This document shows, in pieces, positions 20,613 to 30,104 of a DNA stretch of 64,000 bases. Each line of letters opens with the position of its first letter. Positions within the stretch are counted from its first letter, which is position 1. The translations under genes and the position numbers were made by a program. The notes under the pieces are model-generated. The model had not been told where the DNA came from, made no database searches, and saw only the letters and a list, made by a program, of their open reading frames with translations. The stretch is from Spirochaetia bacterium (lineage in GTDB: Bacteria > Spirochaetota > Spirochaetia > UBA9216), in contig OY776510.1 in assembly GCA_963675665.1 (NCBI GenBank), positions 1,472,001-1,536,000 of the forward strand, given 5' to 3'.

Positions 20613-22067
20613 ATGTTCGAACAGACCTTTAAAAATATTGATGACATTCTCTACAAGGATTCAGGCGCCGACAGCGAGCTTGATTACATCGGGCAAACCT
20701 CATGGGTGCTGTTTCTCCGCTACCTCGACGAGCTTGAGCAGGTAAAGTCCGATAAGGCTGAACTTGCCGGTGAAGAGTATCGGTATATTCTCGATTATGA
20801 ATACCGCTGGCCTGTCTGGGCAATGCCGAAAGGAGTCGACGGAAGGCTTGATCATCACAGGGCCTTGACCGGGCCGGATCTTGTAAGTTTTGTGGATGAA
20901 AAGCTGTTTCCGTACCTGGCTTCATTCAAGCAAAAGGCGGACAGCCCCCGGACAATCGAATACAAAATAGGTGAAATATTTTCGGAGCTTAAAAACCGCA
21001 TCCAGAGCGGTTACAATTTGCGCGAGATTATTGAATACATAGACGGCCTTGAGTTCAGGACACAGAAAGAGAAGCATGAGCTGAGCCATCTGTATGAAAC
21101 AAAGATAAAGAACATGGGTAACGCCGGGCGCAACGGCGGGCAGTATTACACGCCAAGGCCCCTTATTCGCGCGATAATCAAAATCATTGATCCGAAGATC
21201 GGTGAAAAGGTCTATGACGGGGCAGCCGGTTCCTGTGGGTTTCTCTGCGAGGCCTTCGATTACATCTATGAGCGCATGGAAAAGACTACGACCAACTTGA
21301 AGACCCTGCAGGAAGACACCTTCTTCGGCAAGGAGAAGAAGAACCTTGCCTATGTAATCGGCAACATGAATATGATCCTGCACGGAATCGAGGCGCCTAA
21401 CCTTGTGCACACAAATACCCTGGGCGAAAACATCCGCGATATCCAGGAAAAGAACCGCTACCATGTTATCCTTGCAAACCCTCCATTCGGCGGAAAGGAG
21501 CGTAAAGAAGTACAGCAGAATTTTGATATTAAAACAGGCGAAACAGCCTTTCTTTTTCTGCAACATTTTATCAAAAACCTCAAAGCCGGCGGACGGGCTG
21601 CGGTAGTAATTAAGAATACGTTTCTGTCGAATACCGACAACGCCGCAATCAGTTTGCGCAGGTATCTGCTTGAAAGCTGCAGCCTTCATACTGTGCTCGA
21701 CATGCCGCAGGGCACCTTCCTCGGTGCCGGTGTGAAAATCGTCGTGCTGTTTTTTCAGAAAGGCGAGCCCACAAAAAACATATGGTATTATCAGCTTGAC
21801 CCGGGCCGGAGCCTGGGTAAAACCAACCCGCTGAATGATGGCGATCTGGCTGAATTCGTTGAATTACAGCCTTCAGGTGCCGAAACGGAACGCAGCTGGA
21901 ACCTTAAAATAGCCGACGTAAAAGAAGATACGTTCGATCTGTCGGTAAAAAACCCCAACACGCCCGAAGAAGAACCCCTGCGCAGCCCTGCTGAAATCCT
22001 CGCCGAGCTGGAATCGCTCGACGCCGAAACAGCTGCAATCCTCAAATCGCTTAAGGAGCTGGTGTGA
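20613..22067 (+). CDS. hsdM: Type I restriction-modification methyltransferase
   Basis: GQYYTPR, DGAAGSCGFL and ANPPF (N6-adenine); start MFEQ after AAGGAAG. Confidence 0.95.
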   Translation: MFEQTFKNIDDILYKDSGADSELDYIGQTSWVLFLRYLDELEQVKSDKAELAGEEYRYILDYEYRWPVWAMPKGVDGRLDHHRALTGPDLVSFVDEKLFPYLASFKQKADSPRTIEYKIGEIFSELKNRIQSGYNLREIIEYIDGLEFRTQKEKHELSHLYETKIKNMGNAGRNGGQYYTPRPLIRAIIKIIDPKIGEKVYDGAAGSCGFLCEAFDYIYERMEKTTTNLKTLQEDTFFGKEKKNLAYVIGNMNMILHGIEAPNLVHTNTLGENIRDIQEKNRYHVILANPPFGGKERKEVQQNFDIKTGETAFLFLQHFIKNLKAGGRAAVVIKNTFLSNTDNAAISLRRYLLESCSLHTVLDMPQGTFLGAGVKIVVLFFQKGEPTKNIWYYQLDPGRSLGKTNPLNDGDLAEFVELQPSGAETERSWNLKIADVKEDTFDLSVKNPNTPEEEPLRSPAEILAELESLDAETAAILKSLKELV

Positions 22068-22132
22068 AAAAGCGAAAAAGCTGTGAACTACGTAATATTT
22101 ACAGAAAACATTACGTGAAGGAGGCTGAATAA
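22064..22132 (+). other. 22-codon linker ORF between hsdM and hsdS
   Basis: GTG overlaps the hsdM stop (GTGA) and TAA overlaps the hsdS ATG (TAATG); MKKRKSCELRNIYRKHYVKEAE; AAGGAG upstream. Confidence 0.45.
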
Positions 22133-23334
22133 TGAAGGCGGGCTGGCAGGTCAAACGGCTGGGAGAAGTTTCTGAGATTAAGCCTCCTAAACGGGAAGCG
22201 AAAAGTATGCTCAAGGATGAAGATCTTGTCTCGTTTGTTCCGATGGATGTTCTTGGAATCGATCAGAAATATTTTTACCCTAACCAAACACGAAAACTGT
22301 CGGCAGTAGCAGGAAGCTACACATATTTTAAAAATAACGATGTTCTGCTCGCCAAAATAACTCCCTGTTTTGAGAATGGAAAATTGGGGATTGCAAAAAA
22401 TCTTGAAAATGGAGTTGGTTTCGGATCCAGTGAATTTATTGTTTATCGACCGAGTCAGAACGAATTGTTTTCTGAGTTCCTTTATTATTTTTTGAGCCAA
22501 CCGTCTTTCAGGGAAGAGGGAAAGAAAAGAATGTCCGGAGCAGTAGGACATAAACGAATCCCGAAAGATTTTTATGAACAACTTGAAATCCCCATCCCCC
22601 CTCTTCCCGAGCAGAAACAAATCGTCGCGAAACTTGATGAAGTTTTTGCGGCAATTGATAAAGCCAAAGCCAATATTGAGAAAAACATAGAAAACGCGAA
22701 AGAATTATACCAGAGCAAGCTTAACGAGGTTTTTTCACAGAAGGGCGAGGGCTGGGAATTCACGTCTCTGGGAAAACTTTTATTTGTGAAAAGTGGAGGA
22801 ACTCCTCTAAAGAGTAAAAAGGAATTTTGGGTTGATGGTATAATTCCTTGGTATTCATCAGGTGAATTAAATAATGTCTATACAAACAGATCTAATAATT
22901 TTATTACCGAGATAGGTTTAAATAATTCTAACGCAAAATTATTTCCTAAAGGTTCATTATTGATTGGAATGTATGATACTGCGGCTTTAAAAATGTCCAT
23001 CTTGGATCGTAATGCTGCATTTAACCAGGCTATTGCCGGAGTAAAGCCCACTGAACAAATTAATTTATTATTCATCATGTACTATATTAACTCAATTAGA
23101 AATGTATTATTAAATGAGAGAAGAGGAGTACGTCAAAAGAATTTAAGCCTAAAAAAAATTTGTGACATAAGAATTCCTTTATTTAAATTACAGAACCAAA
23201 ATAAAATGGTTGATGTTATTAATAATTATCAAAATAAAATAATTGTATTAGAAAAGGCTTACACCGCCAAACTATCCGCTCTCGACGAGCTTAAAAAAAC
23301 CGTATTACAAAAAGCATTCAGGGGAGAACTATGA
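22132..23334 (+). CDS. hsdS: Type I R-M specificity subunit
   Basis: Two TRDs, AKITPCFENGK, IPIPPLPEQKQIV spacer, SGGTP, LQKAFRGEL end. Confidence 0.95.
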   Translation: MKAGWQVKRLGEVSEIKPPKREAKSMLKDEDLVSFVPMDVLGIDQKYFYPNQTRKLSAVAGSYTYFKNNDVLLAKITPCFENGKLGIAKNLENGVGFGSSEFIVYRPSQNELFSEFLYYFLSQPSFREEGKKRMSGAVGHKRIPKDFYEQLEIPIPPLPEQKQIVAKLDEVFAAIDKAKANIEKNIENAKELYQSKLNEVFSQKGEGWEFTSLGKLLFVKSGGTPLKSKKEFWVDGIIPWYSSGELNNVYTNRSNNFITEIGLNNSNAKLFPKGSLLIGMYDTAALKMSILDRNAAFNQAIAGVKPTEQINLLFIMYYINSIRNVLLNERRGVRQKNLSLKKICDIRIPLFKLQNQNKMVDVINNYQNKIIVLEKAYTAKLSALDELKKTVLQKAFRGEL

Positions 23335-23471
23335 ACCCGACCGAAACTGAGATTATCCTGTACCGCACCGCCGACGTGGTTGCAGTTACCGAGGAATCCT
23401 CGACAACTGCCGCAGACAAAGAAGATATCAGGGAACTGGAAGAGCTGGAGCGGAGGCTGACAGATGAATGA
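23331..23471 (+). pseudogene. Internally deleted RhuM-family gene (46-aa in-frame remnant)
   Basis: MNPTETEIILYRTAD / VVAVTEESSTTAAD / KEDIRELEELERRLTDE: RhuM-like N-terminal and internal blocks joined to a C-terminal-type helix; overlaps the hsdS stop and the hsdR start. Confidence 0.65.
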
Positions 23472-25806
23472 AGCCCAGACCCGTTATGATCTGATTGACA
23501 CCGCCCTGAAGGAGTCAGGCTGGGGTGTGGTTGATGGCAGCCGCATACGGGTGGAGTATCCGATAACCGCCGGCAGGTTGACCGGAGGGGGGCGGAGGGC
23601 AAAAGCCCTGTCGGCTGATTATGTGCTTCAGTTTAAAAACCGTAACATTGCCGTAATTGAGGCGAAGGCCGATACCGTCTATTACACCGACGGCGTTGCC
23701 CAGGCCAAGGATTACGCCGGGCGTCTGCATATCCGCTATACTTATTCAACAAACGGCAGGCGGATATATCAGGTTGATATGGAAACAGGCTCCGAATGTG
23801 ATGTCGACAGTTTCCCTTCGCCTGATGAGCTTTGGAATATGTGTTCTCCTGCGCCTTCGAACAAGTCTGCTGCCGACGTGGTTGACTGGCGAAGCCGGCT
23901 GTTTGCCGTCCCCTTTGAAGACCGTTCGGGCACATGGCAGCCGCGATACTACCAGGACAACGCGATAACCCACGCCCTTGAGGCTGTGGCCGACGGCAAA
24001 AAACGAATCCTGCTTACGCTTGCAACCGGCACCGGAAAAACCGCAATAGCGTTTCAGATTGCCTGGAAGCTGTTTCACGCAAAATGGAATCTGCTGCGCG
24101 ACGGCAGCAGAAGCCCCCGGATACTTTTTCTGGCTGATCGTAACTTCCTTGCAGATCAGGCGTTTAACGCCTTCAACGCCTTTGAAGAAGATGCTCTTGT
24201 CAGGATTGCGCCGTCTGAAATCCGTAAAAAGGGCAGGGTCCCTAAAAACGGCGGCATCTTCTTTACGATATTTCAAACCTTTATGAGCGGTCCCGACGGT
24301 TCACCGTATTTCGGCGAGTATCCGAAGGATTTTTTCGACTTCATAATCATAGACGAATGTCACCGCGGCGGGGCCAAAGACGAGGGCGCCTGGCGCGGGA
24401 TCCTTGAATATTTCAGCCCGGCAATCCAGCTTGGGCTGACCGCCACCCCCAAACGCGATGTAAATCGCGACACCTACGCCTACTTCGGCGAGCCGGTTTA
24501 TATCTATTCGCTTAAAGACGGAATAAACGACGGTTTCCTGACCCCCTTCAGGGTAAAGGAGATTGCAACAACCGGCGACACATATGTCTACACGCCGGAC
24601 GACACCGTAATAGAGGGTGATATTGAAGAGGGGCGTGAATATTCCCAGGCCGAGCAGAACCGTATAATCGAGCTGATGGATATTGAGCGTTTCCGTGTCA
24701 GACAGTTTATGCAGATGATTAACCGGAACCAAAAGACCCTCGTGTTCTGCGCTACCCAGATTCATGCCGCAGCCGTGCGCGATCTGATCAACCAGGAAGC
24801 CGACAGCACAAATCCGTTCTATTGCTGCCGGGTAACCGCCGACGACGGAAAACTGGGAGAAGAGCATCTGCGTGATTTTCAGGATAACGAGAAAACAATT
24901 CCTACAATTCTGACCACCTCGCAAAAACTCAGCACCGGTGTGGACGCGCCTGAAATTCGCAATATCGTATTGATGCGATCCGTAGATTCGATAGTCGAGT
25001 TCAAGCAGATTGTCGGTCGGGGCACAAGGCTGTTCGACGGCAAGGACTATTTTACAATCTATGATTTTGTAAAAGCTCACAAGCATTTTCATGACGATGA
25101 ATGGGACGGCGAACCTCTTGAACCCGAACCTCCAGCCGATAGAGAGCCGAAAAAAGATATGCCCGGGTTTTATATGCCCCGGGGTGATCAGGACGGCGGC
25201 GAGGATGAAACAAGGCAGCGCTACATGATTCGGGTAAAGTTGTCTGACGACAATATTCGTGAGCTGGACGCAATGGTAAAAACAAGTTTCTGGAGCCCTT
25301 CGGGGAAACCGGTATCGGCACAGGAGTTTATCAGACAGCTGTACGGAGATCTTCCCTCGTTTTTCAGCGATGAAAATGAGCTGAGACGCATATGGAGCCT
25401 GCCTGGTACCAGAAAGCGTCTTCTTGAGGAACTCTCCGAGAAGGGATACACGGCAGCGCAGCTTTCCGATTTATCAAAACTTGTGCGCGCTGAAGATTGC
25501 GATCTGTTCGACGTCCTTTCATATATTGCATGGCACCGACAGCTTGTGCCCCGTCTTGAACGGGCCCGGCAGGCAAAGATTCATTTTGATTCGTATAATC
25601 CCGGCCAGCAGGAATTTCTTAATTTCGTGCTCGAACAGTATGTAAAGGTCGGAGTATCGGAACTTGACGAATCAAAACTTTCTGATATCCTGATCCTGAA
25701 ATATTCAGCAATTGAAGATGCCAAAGCCGCGCTCGGAGAGATCCGGGATATCCGCGATACCTTTATAGGTTTTCAGCAGAATCTGTACAAAGATGGAGTC
25801 GCATAG
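23464..25806 (+). CDS. hsdR: Type I restriction endonuclease R subunit (EcoEI-like)
   Basis: ADYVL...IEAK nuclease motif, ATGTGKT, DECHR, LTATP, QIVGRGTR. Confidence 0.95.
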   Translation: MNEAQTRYDLIDTALKESGWGVVDGSRIRVEYPITAGRLTGGGRRAKALSADYVLQFKNRNIAVIEAKADTVYYTDGVAQAKDYAGRLHIRYTYSTNGRRIYQVDMETGSECDVDSFPSPDELWNMCSPAPSNKSAADVVDWRSRLFAVPFEDRSGTWQPRYYQDNAITHALEAVADGKKRILLTLATGTGKTAIAFQIAWKLFHAKWNLLRDGSRSPRILFLADRNFLADQAFNAFNAFEEDALVRIAPSEIRKKGRVPKNGGIFFTIFQTFMSGPDGSPYFGEYPKDFFDFIIIDECHRGGAKDEGAWRGILEYFSPAIQLGLTATPKRDVNRDTYAYFGEPVYIYSLKDGINDGFLTPFRVKEIATTGDTYVYTPDDTVIEGDIEEGREYSQAEQNRIIELMDIERFRVRQFMQMINRNQKTLVFCATQIHAAAVRDLINQEADSTNPFYCCRVTADDGKLGEEHLRDFQDNEKTIPTILTTSQKLSTGVDAPEIRNIVLMRSVDSIVEFKQIVGRGTRLFDGKDYFTIYDFVKAHKHFHDDEWDGEPLEPEPPADREPKKDMPGFYMPRGDQDGGEDETRQRYMIRVKLSDDNIRELDAMVKTSFWSPSGKPVSAQEFIRQLYGDLPSFFSDENELRRIWSLPGTRKRLLEELSEKGYTAAQLSDLSKLVRAEDCDLFDVLSYIAWHRQLVPRLERARQAKIHFDSYNPGQQEFLNFVLEQYVKVGVSELDESKLSDILILKYSAIEDAKAALGEIRDIRDTFIGFQQNLYKDGVA

Positions 25807-25814
25807 AAGGATAA

Positions 25815-26180
25815 TTGATGAACAGATCTGAAAGGATACTGATAATTATTGCCGCCGCCGGTTTTGCCGTCGGGATCGTAACGCATACTGTTGAATTAAT
25901 ATCCGGGGGCTGGCTTCCCTATACATCTGTTCCGCTATGGAAAAATATTTACTGGACATCCCTGACTTTCCTGGATCCCCTTGTAATTGTTTTGCTGTTT
26001 GCAAGGCCGCTTCCCGCGCTGGTTCCGGCAAACCTGGTAATCATTTCAGATGTGATCATAAATACCGGGGTATTCAATTATTTCGGGCACTACAGGATAA
26101 TCATGCAATGCGCATTCTGCGTATACGTGATGGCGGTTTCAGTTTATTTTCTGACAAAGAAGAGGATGCGTAACGTATGA
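25815..26180 (+). CDS. Hypothetical membrane protein
   Basis: About four hydrophobic segments; YWTSLTFLDP motif. Confidence 0.7.
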   Translation: MMNRSERILIIIAAAGFAVGIVTHTVELISGGWLPYTSVPLWKNIYWTSLTFLDPLVIVLLFARPLPALVPANLVIISDVIINTGVFNYFGHYRIIMQCAFCVYVMAVSVYFLTKKRMRNV

Positions 26181-26641
26181 AACTTGTATACAGGGTCCTT
26201 GTCGCCGCAGCTGTTCTTCCTCTTGTTGCAGCAGGCGTAATTCCTTCCGTTATCATTATTTTTGATCCCTGGCGACAGCGATTGTTTATTCCCGGGTTTA
26301 TCGTTCTTTCCGCCGGCATCGCGTTAACAGCAGTTTGTATCCGTGATTTTTATAAGCGCGGCGGCGGGACTCTTGCCCCCTGGGATGCTCCGGTAAACCT
26401 GGTTGTTACCGGGCCGTACCGTTATTGCCGCAATCCGATGTATGGCGGTGTTTTGATAACCATAGCCGGCCTTGCGCTGTTTTTTTCTTCACCGTTGCTG
26501 TTGCTTTACAACATCGCAGCCGGATTTATTTTCCACATGAGGATAATAAAATATGAGGAACCTGAACTGCAGAGATTGTTCGGAAAGCGCTGGGTGATCT
26601 ATACCGCCATGGTTAACCGCTGGTTTCCGGGATTCAAATAA
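26177..26641 (+). CDS. Isoprenylcysteine carboxyl methyltransferase/PEMT family protein
   Basis: GGTLAPWD..LVVTGPYRYCRNPMY, EEPEL..FG, VNRW. Confidence 0.88.
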   Translation: MKLVYRVLVAAAVLPLVAAGVIPSVIIIFDPWRQRLFIPGFIVLSAGIALTAVCIRDFYKRGGGTLAPWDAPVNLVVTGPYRYCRNPMYGGVLITIAGLALFFSSPLLLLYNIAAGFIFHMRIIKYEEPELQRLFGKRWVIYTAMVNRWFPGFK

Positions 26642-26707
26642 CAATTTGTTTTTGGAATCTCCGTTTTTTTAATTGATCGCATAAAAGAAATTCATATAAT
26701 TGTTTGT

Positions 26708-27937
26708 ATGGACAGGATTGGCTGGAAAGAACTCTTTAAGGGATTTGAAGATAGAGAGATGGAACATCAGTATCTGATGAGCCTCCAGAACCCGAAAGAG
26801 TTGAGGATTATCATGGTTTTCGGTATCCTCTTCTATCTTTTATTTCTTGTTATTGACTATATTCTTTTTTCAGAGTATTTCTGCAGTTTTATTGTTATCC
26901 GCTGTGCAATTTTCCTTCCGGTTATGGCTGTTATTTTTTCACTCTCTTATACGCCGTTTTATGAAAAACATTCCCGGCTTCTTATCAGTACTATAGTTTT
27001 TGTGGCGGCTGCCGGAATTATTGCAATGGTATATATTACGCGTGAAAGTGAATATGCTGAACTGTATTATTACGGTGTCTCAATAATCATTATATTTTTC
27101 TATGGAACAGGAAAAATTACATTATCATTTTCAATAATAATCGGACTGCTTGTATATATACCGGCAGTTATTGTTGATATTTTATTCATACAGAATGATT
27201 TTGCCAGGATTATAACCAGGGTTATTTATCTTTTATCAATGGTCCTTGCCGGATCGGTTACCACCGGTGTAATACAGCGCACTTCCCGAAGTAATTTTCT
27301 GAAACAAAAAAGAATTGAAGAACTTTCAATGACAGACCCTCTTACCGGATTAAAGAACCGGTTGTTTTTTGAAACTATAATCAGGAATGAACTGACGGAT
27401 TATATAAGAACTCCCGAAAATCTCGATAGGCCGCCTGAGGCAAGACAGCATGACAGGGATCCTGAAAGCTGCTATGCCCTGATTATGCTTGATATCGATT
27501 ATTTTAAAATAATAAACGATAAATACGGCCATGACACAGGAGATCTGTTTCTCAGGGAATTCTGTGACAGAGTAAAAGAGGTAATAAGGACGGACGATGT
27601 CTTTATAAGATGGGGGGGCGAGGAATTCCTGCTTATATTGCGGCATGCCCGGAAAAAATTCATCGCCAGGTTGAGCAACAGAATCTCCGCAGCTGTATCG
27701 GCACCATTCAGGTTGAAGAACAATGAAATCAGCGCGACGGTTTCCGGGGGATTATTAATTGTGCCGCCGAAATCGGTAAAGTTGGTTCAGAGTATAGACA
27801 ATATGATAGAGTTGGCCGATAAAGCCCTCTACTATTCAAAGAATAACGGAAGAAACAGATTTACCGAGAACGTGATTAAAACAGATGAATCAGGACAATT
27901 TAAAAATATTATGCAGCCGCTGAACTGTGATTACTGA
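26708..27937 (+). CDS. Membrane diguanylate cyclase (GGDEF)
   Basis: N-terminal TM helices, TDPLTGLKNR, DIDYFK.IND.YGH, RWGGEEF with RxxD (RTDD) I-site. Confidence 0.92.
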   Translation: MDRIGWKELFKGFEDREMEHQYLMSLQNPKELRIIMVFGILFYLLFLVIDYILFSEYFCSFIVIRCAIFLPVMAVIFSLSYTPFYEKHSRLLISTIVFVAAAGIIAMVYITRESEYAELYYYGVSIIIIFFYGTGKITLSFSIIIGLLVYIPAVIVDILFIQNDFARIITRVIYLLSMVLAGSVTTGVIQRTSRSNFLKQKRIEELSMTDPLTGLKNRLFFETIIRNELTDYIRTPENLDRPPEARQHDRDPESCYALIMLDIDYFKIINDKYGHDTGDLFLREFCDRVKEVIRTDDVFIRWGGEEFLLILRHARKKFIARLSNRISAAVSAPFRLKNNEISATVSGGLLIVPPKSVKLVQSIDNMIELADKALYYSKNNGRNRFTENVIKTDESGQFKNIMQPLNCDY

Positions 27938-28043
27938 ACACCTGTTATACCTTACCAAATGAATAATATATAGATAAAAAAATATCAATATCCCGCTTTA
28001 TTATATTGACTCCTGATTATTTTCATGTTTTCATAGGTTTATG

Positions 28044-28183
28044 GGTTCTCCGAACCGTACCCCCTAAAAGCAAAAGCCGGTATCTGACGGCTTAAAGTTC
28101 ATGGAGTCCGGTCGCGTACCGTCTGCCGACGGTCAAGGGTATATCTGTAAACGGGTATGCCTCCCGTGTTTGGAAAGGGGAAC
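28044..28183 (+). ncRNA. Molybdenum/tungsten cofactor (Moco) riboswitch
   Basis: CTCCGA...CCTAA...CATGG...AGGGT-GTAA loop-GCCTCCCGTGTTTGGAAAGGGG consensus blocks, P1 GTTCTC/GGGAAC, upstream of a Mo/W transporter. Confidence 0.85.
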
Positions 28184-28255
28184 GGAATTTACAGTCGGAT
28201 ATTCTGCTTATTCCTTCCCGATGCCCATCGTATTCATCGTGAGGAGGAAATAAAG

Positions 28256-29305
28256 ATGAAGAAAAAACTGATTGTAATGATCCCTGTCCTTTTACTGATC
28301 GTCAGTATGCTGCCGGTATTTGCCGGAGGACAAACCGAAAAACTGCCTGCGGCAGAACCTGTTACTGAAGCCGCCGCACCTGTCGCGGAAGCGGCCTTGC
28401 CCGAATTATCCGGAATTGTAACCATTTTTCATGCAGGAAGCCTGGCTGTTCCCCTGGAAGCTATCGAGAAAGAATTCGAGAAGATGTATCCTGATGTTGA
28501 TATACAGCGTGAAGGAGCGGGAAGTCAGGCGTGCGCAAGAAAGATTACCGATCTCGGCAAGCCGTGCGACATTATGGCTTCAGCCGACTACAAGGTTATC
28601 GACAAGCTGCTGATTCCCGATTATGCGGACTGGAATGTACGTTTTGCGACAAACCAGCTTGTACTCTGCTATACCGGCGACAGCGTCGATGCCGACAAGG
28701 TCAACGCCGACAACTGGTATGAAATCCTGCAGAAAGACGGAATTATATGGGGACATTCCGATCCCAATCTGGACCCGTGCGGATACAGATCGCTGATGGT
28801 TCTCCAGCTTGCGGAAAAATATTACGGTATCGACGGCCTGTATGACGACTGTATTGCCAACAGGCCCGAAGAAAATATCAGGCCGAAATCGGTTGAGCTT
28901 ATTTCGCTTCTGCAGAGCGGTAATATGGACTATGCCTGGGAGTATCTTTCAGTAGCAGTTCAGCATAATCTGAAATACATAATTTTGCCGGATGAAATCA
29001 ACCTCGGTAATTATCAGTTTGATGATACATATGAAACCGCCGTTGTAGAAGTGTCCGGAAAAGACCCGGGAACAACAATGGAGATTGTGGGACAATCCGT
29101 TACATACGGCGTGACCATGATAAAGGATGCCCCGAACCGTGATGCTGCTGTGGCTTTTCTTGAGTTTATGCTTTCCAAAGACGGCGGGCTTGCGATACTT
29201 GAGAGCCAGGGACAGCCTCCGTTTGTTCCTGCACGGGTACCGTCCTCAGAAATGCTGAATGCTGTTCCTGCCGAACTGAAAACTCTTCTTGAAGTGAAAA
29301 ACTAG
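28256..29305 (+). CDS. wtpA: Tungstate/molybdate ABC transporter binding protein (WtpA type); start moved to 28256
   Basis: [34 protein letters not shown]; GAGGAGG before ATG 28256; signal peptide. Confidence 0.9.
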   Translation: MKKKLIVMIPVLLLIVSMLPVFAGGQTEKLPAAEPVTEAAAPVAEAALPELSGIVTIFHAGSLAVPLEAIEKEFEKMYPDVDIQREGAGSQACARKITDLGKPCDIMASADYKVIDKLLIPDYADWNVRFATNQLVLCYTGDSVDADKVNADNWYEILQKDGIIWGHSDPNLDPCGYRSLMVLQLAEKYYGIDGLYDDCIANRPEENIRPKSVELISLLQSGNMDYAWEYLSVAVQHNLKYIILPDEINLGNYQFDDTYETAVVEVSGKDPGTTMEIVGQSVTYGVTMIKDAPNRDAAVAFLEFMLSKDGGLAILESQGQPPFVPARVPSSEMLNAVPAELKTLLEVKN

Positions 29306-29315
29306 GTTTTATTCC

Positions 29316-30104
29316 ATGCTTACCCGAAAGGAGCCGTTTTTCTGGCTGACCGTGTCGTCTGCGGTCCTCGTTCTTGTACTGATTTTGCTGCCTCTTGTTC
29401 AGCTGATGACGGCTCCCGACGGGAAAATGCTTATTGAAACCATCAGGGATAAAAATGTTCTGCGTTCAATCTGGCTGAGTATTTATACAGCCGGACTGGC
29501 TGCCCTGATTTGTTTTATAATGGGTGTGCCGCTGGCATATCTTCTTGCGCGGACCGAGTTCTTCGGCAAGCATCTTGTGGAAAGCATAATCGATCTTCCC
29601 ATTGTAATTCCTCATCCTGTTGTAGGCATAGCCATACTCGGCGTGGTAGGCAAGACCCATCCGCTGGGCAGGCTGCTGTACAGTCTCGGTATCAGGATGA
29701 TGGGATCTGTTCCGGGAATAATTACGGTCCTTGTTTTTGTGGGGCTCCCGTTTTTTATCAATTCGGCAAAGGACGGCTTTGAGAGCGTCTCTCCGCGGCT
29801 GGAAAATGTATCCCGCAGTCTCGGAGCACCAATGGGAAGCACCTTTTTCAGGGTCACTTTTCCACTTGCCTGGCGCAGTATTCTTATAGGTTTTGTAATG
29901 GCCTGTGCCAGGGCCGTCAGCGAATTCGGGGCCGTTGTTGTTGTGGCATATCATCCGATGATAGCGCCTGTGATGATCTATGAGCGGTATGAAGCTTACG
30001 GTCTTTCATATTCCCAGCCGCTGGCATTCTGGCTGGTGTTATTCTGTCTTATTCTGTTTCTGATAATAAGGACCCTGACGCTGAAGAGGAAGATGCCGTT
30101 ATGA
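29316..30104 (+). CDS. wtpB: Tungstate/molybdate ABC permease
   Basis: DLPIVIPHPVVG, RSLGA, ARAVSEFGA. Confidence 0.9.
   Translation: MLTRKEPFFWLTVSSAVLVLVLILLPLVQLMTAPDGKMLIETIRDKNVLRSIWLSIYTAGLAALICFIMGVPLAYLLARTEFFGKHLVESIIDLPIVIPHPVVGIAILGVVGKTHPLGRLLYSLGIRMMGSVPGIITVLVFVGLPFFINSAKDGFESVSPRLENVSRSLGAPMGSTFFRVTFPLAWRSILIGFVMACARAVSEFGAVVVVAYHPMIAPVMIYERYEAYGLSYSQPLAFWLVLFCLILFLIIRTLTLKRKMPL

Noticed and set aside
20922-25092. Long antisense ORFs (255, 176 and 263 aa) inside hsdM/hsdR
   Set aside because: Shadow frames of well-supported genes, with no motifs or initiation signals; the same applies to the other nested ORFs in the track.
17180-27940. Integrative element or prophage at leuS
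   Set aside because: No integrase, phage or conjugation genes, and no flanking att repeats found; treated as an accessory hotspot only.
28157-28255. N-terminal extension of WtpA in the ORF track
   Set aside because: It overlaps the riboswitch; a strong SD and signal peptide point to ATG 28256.
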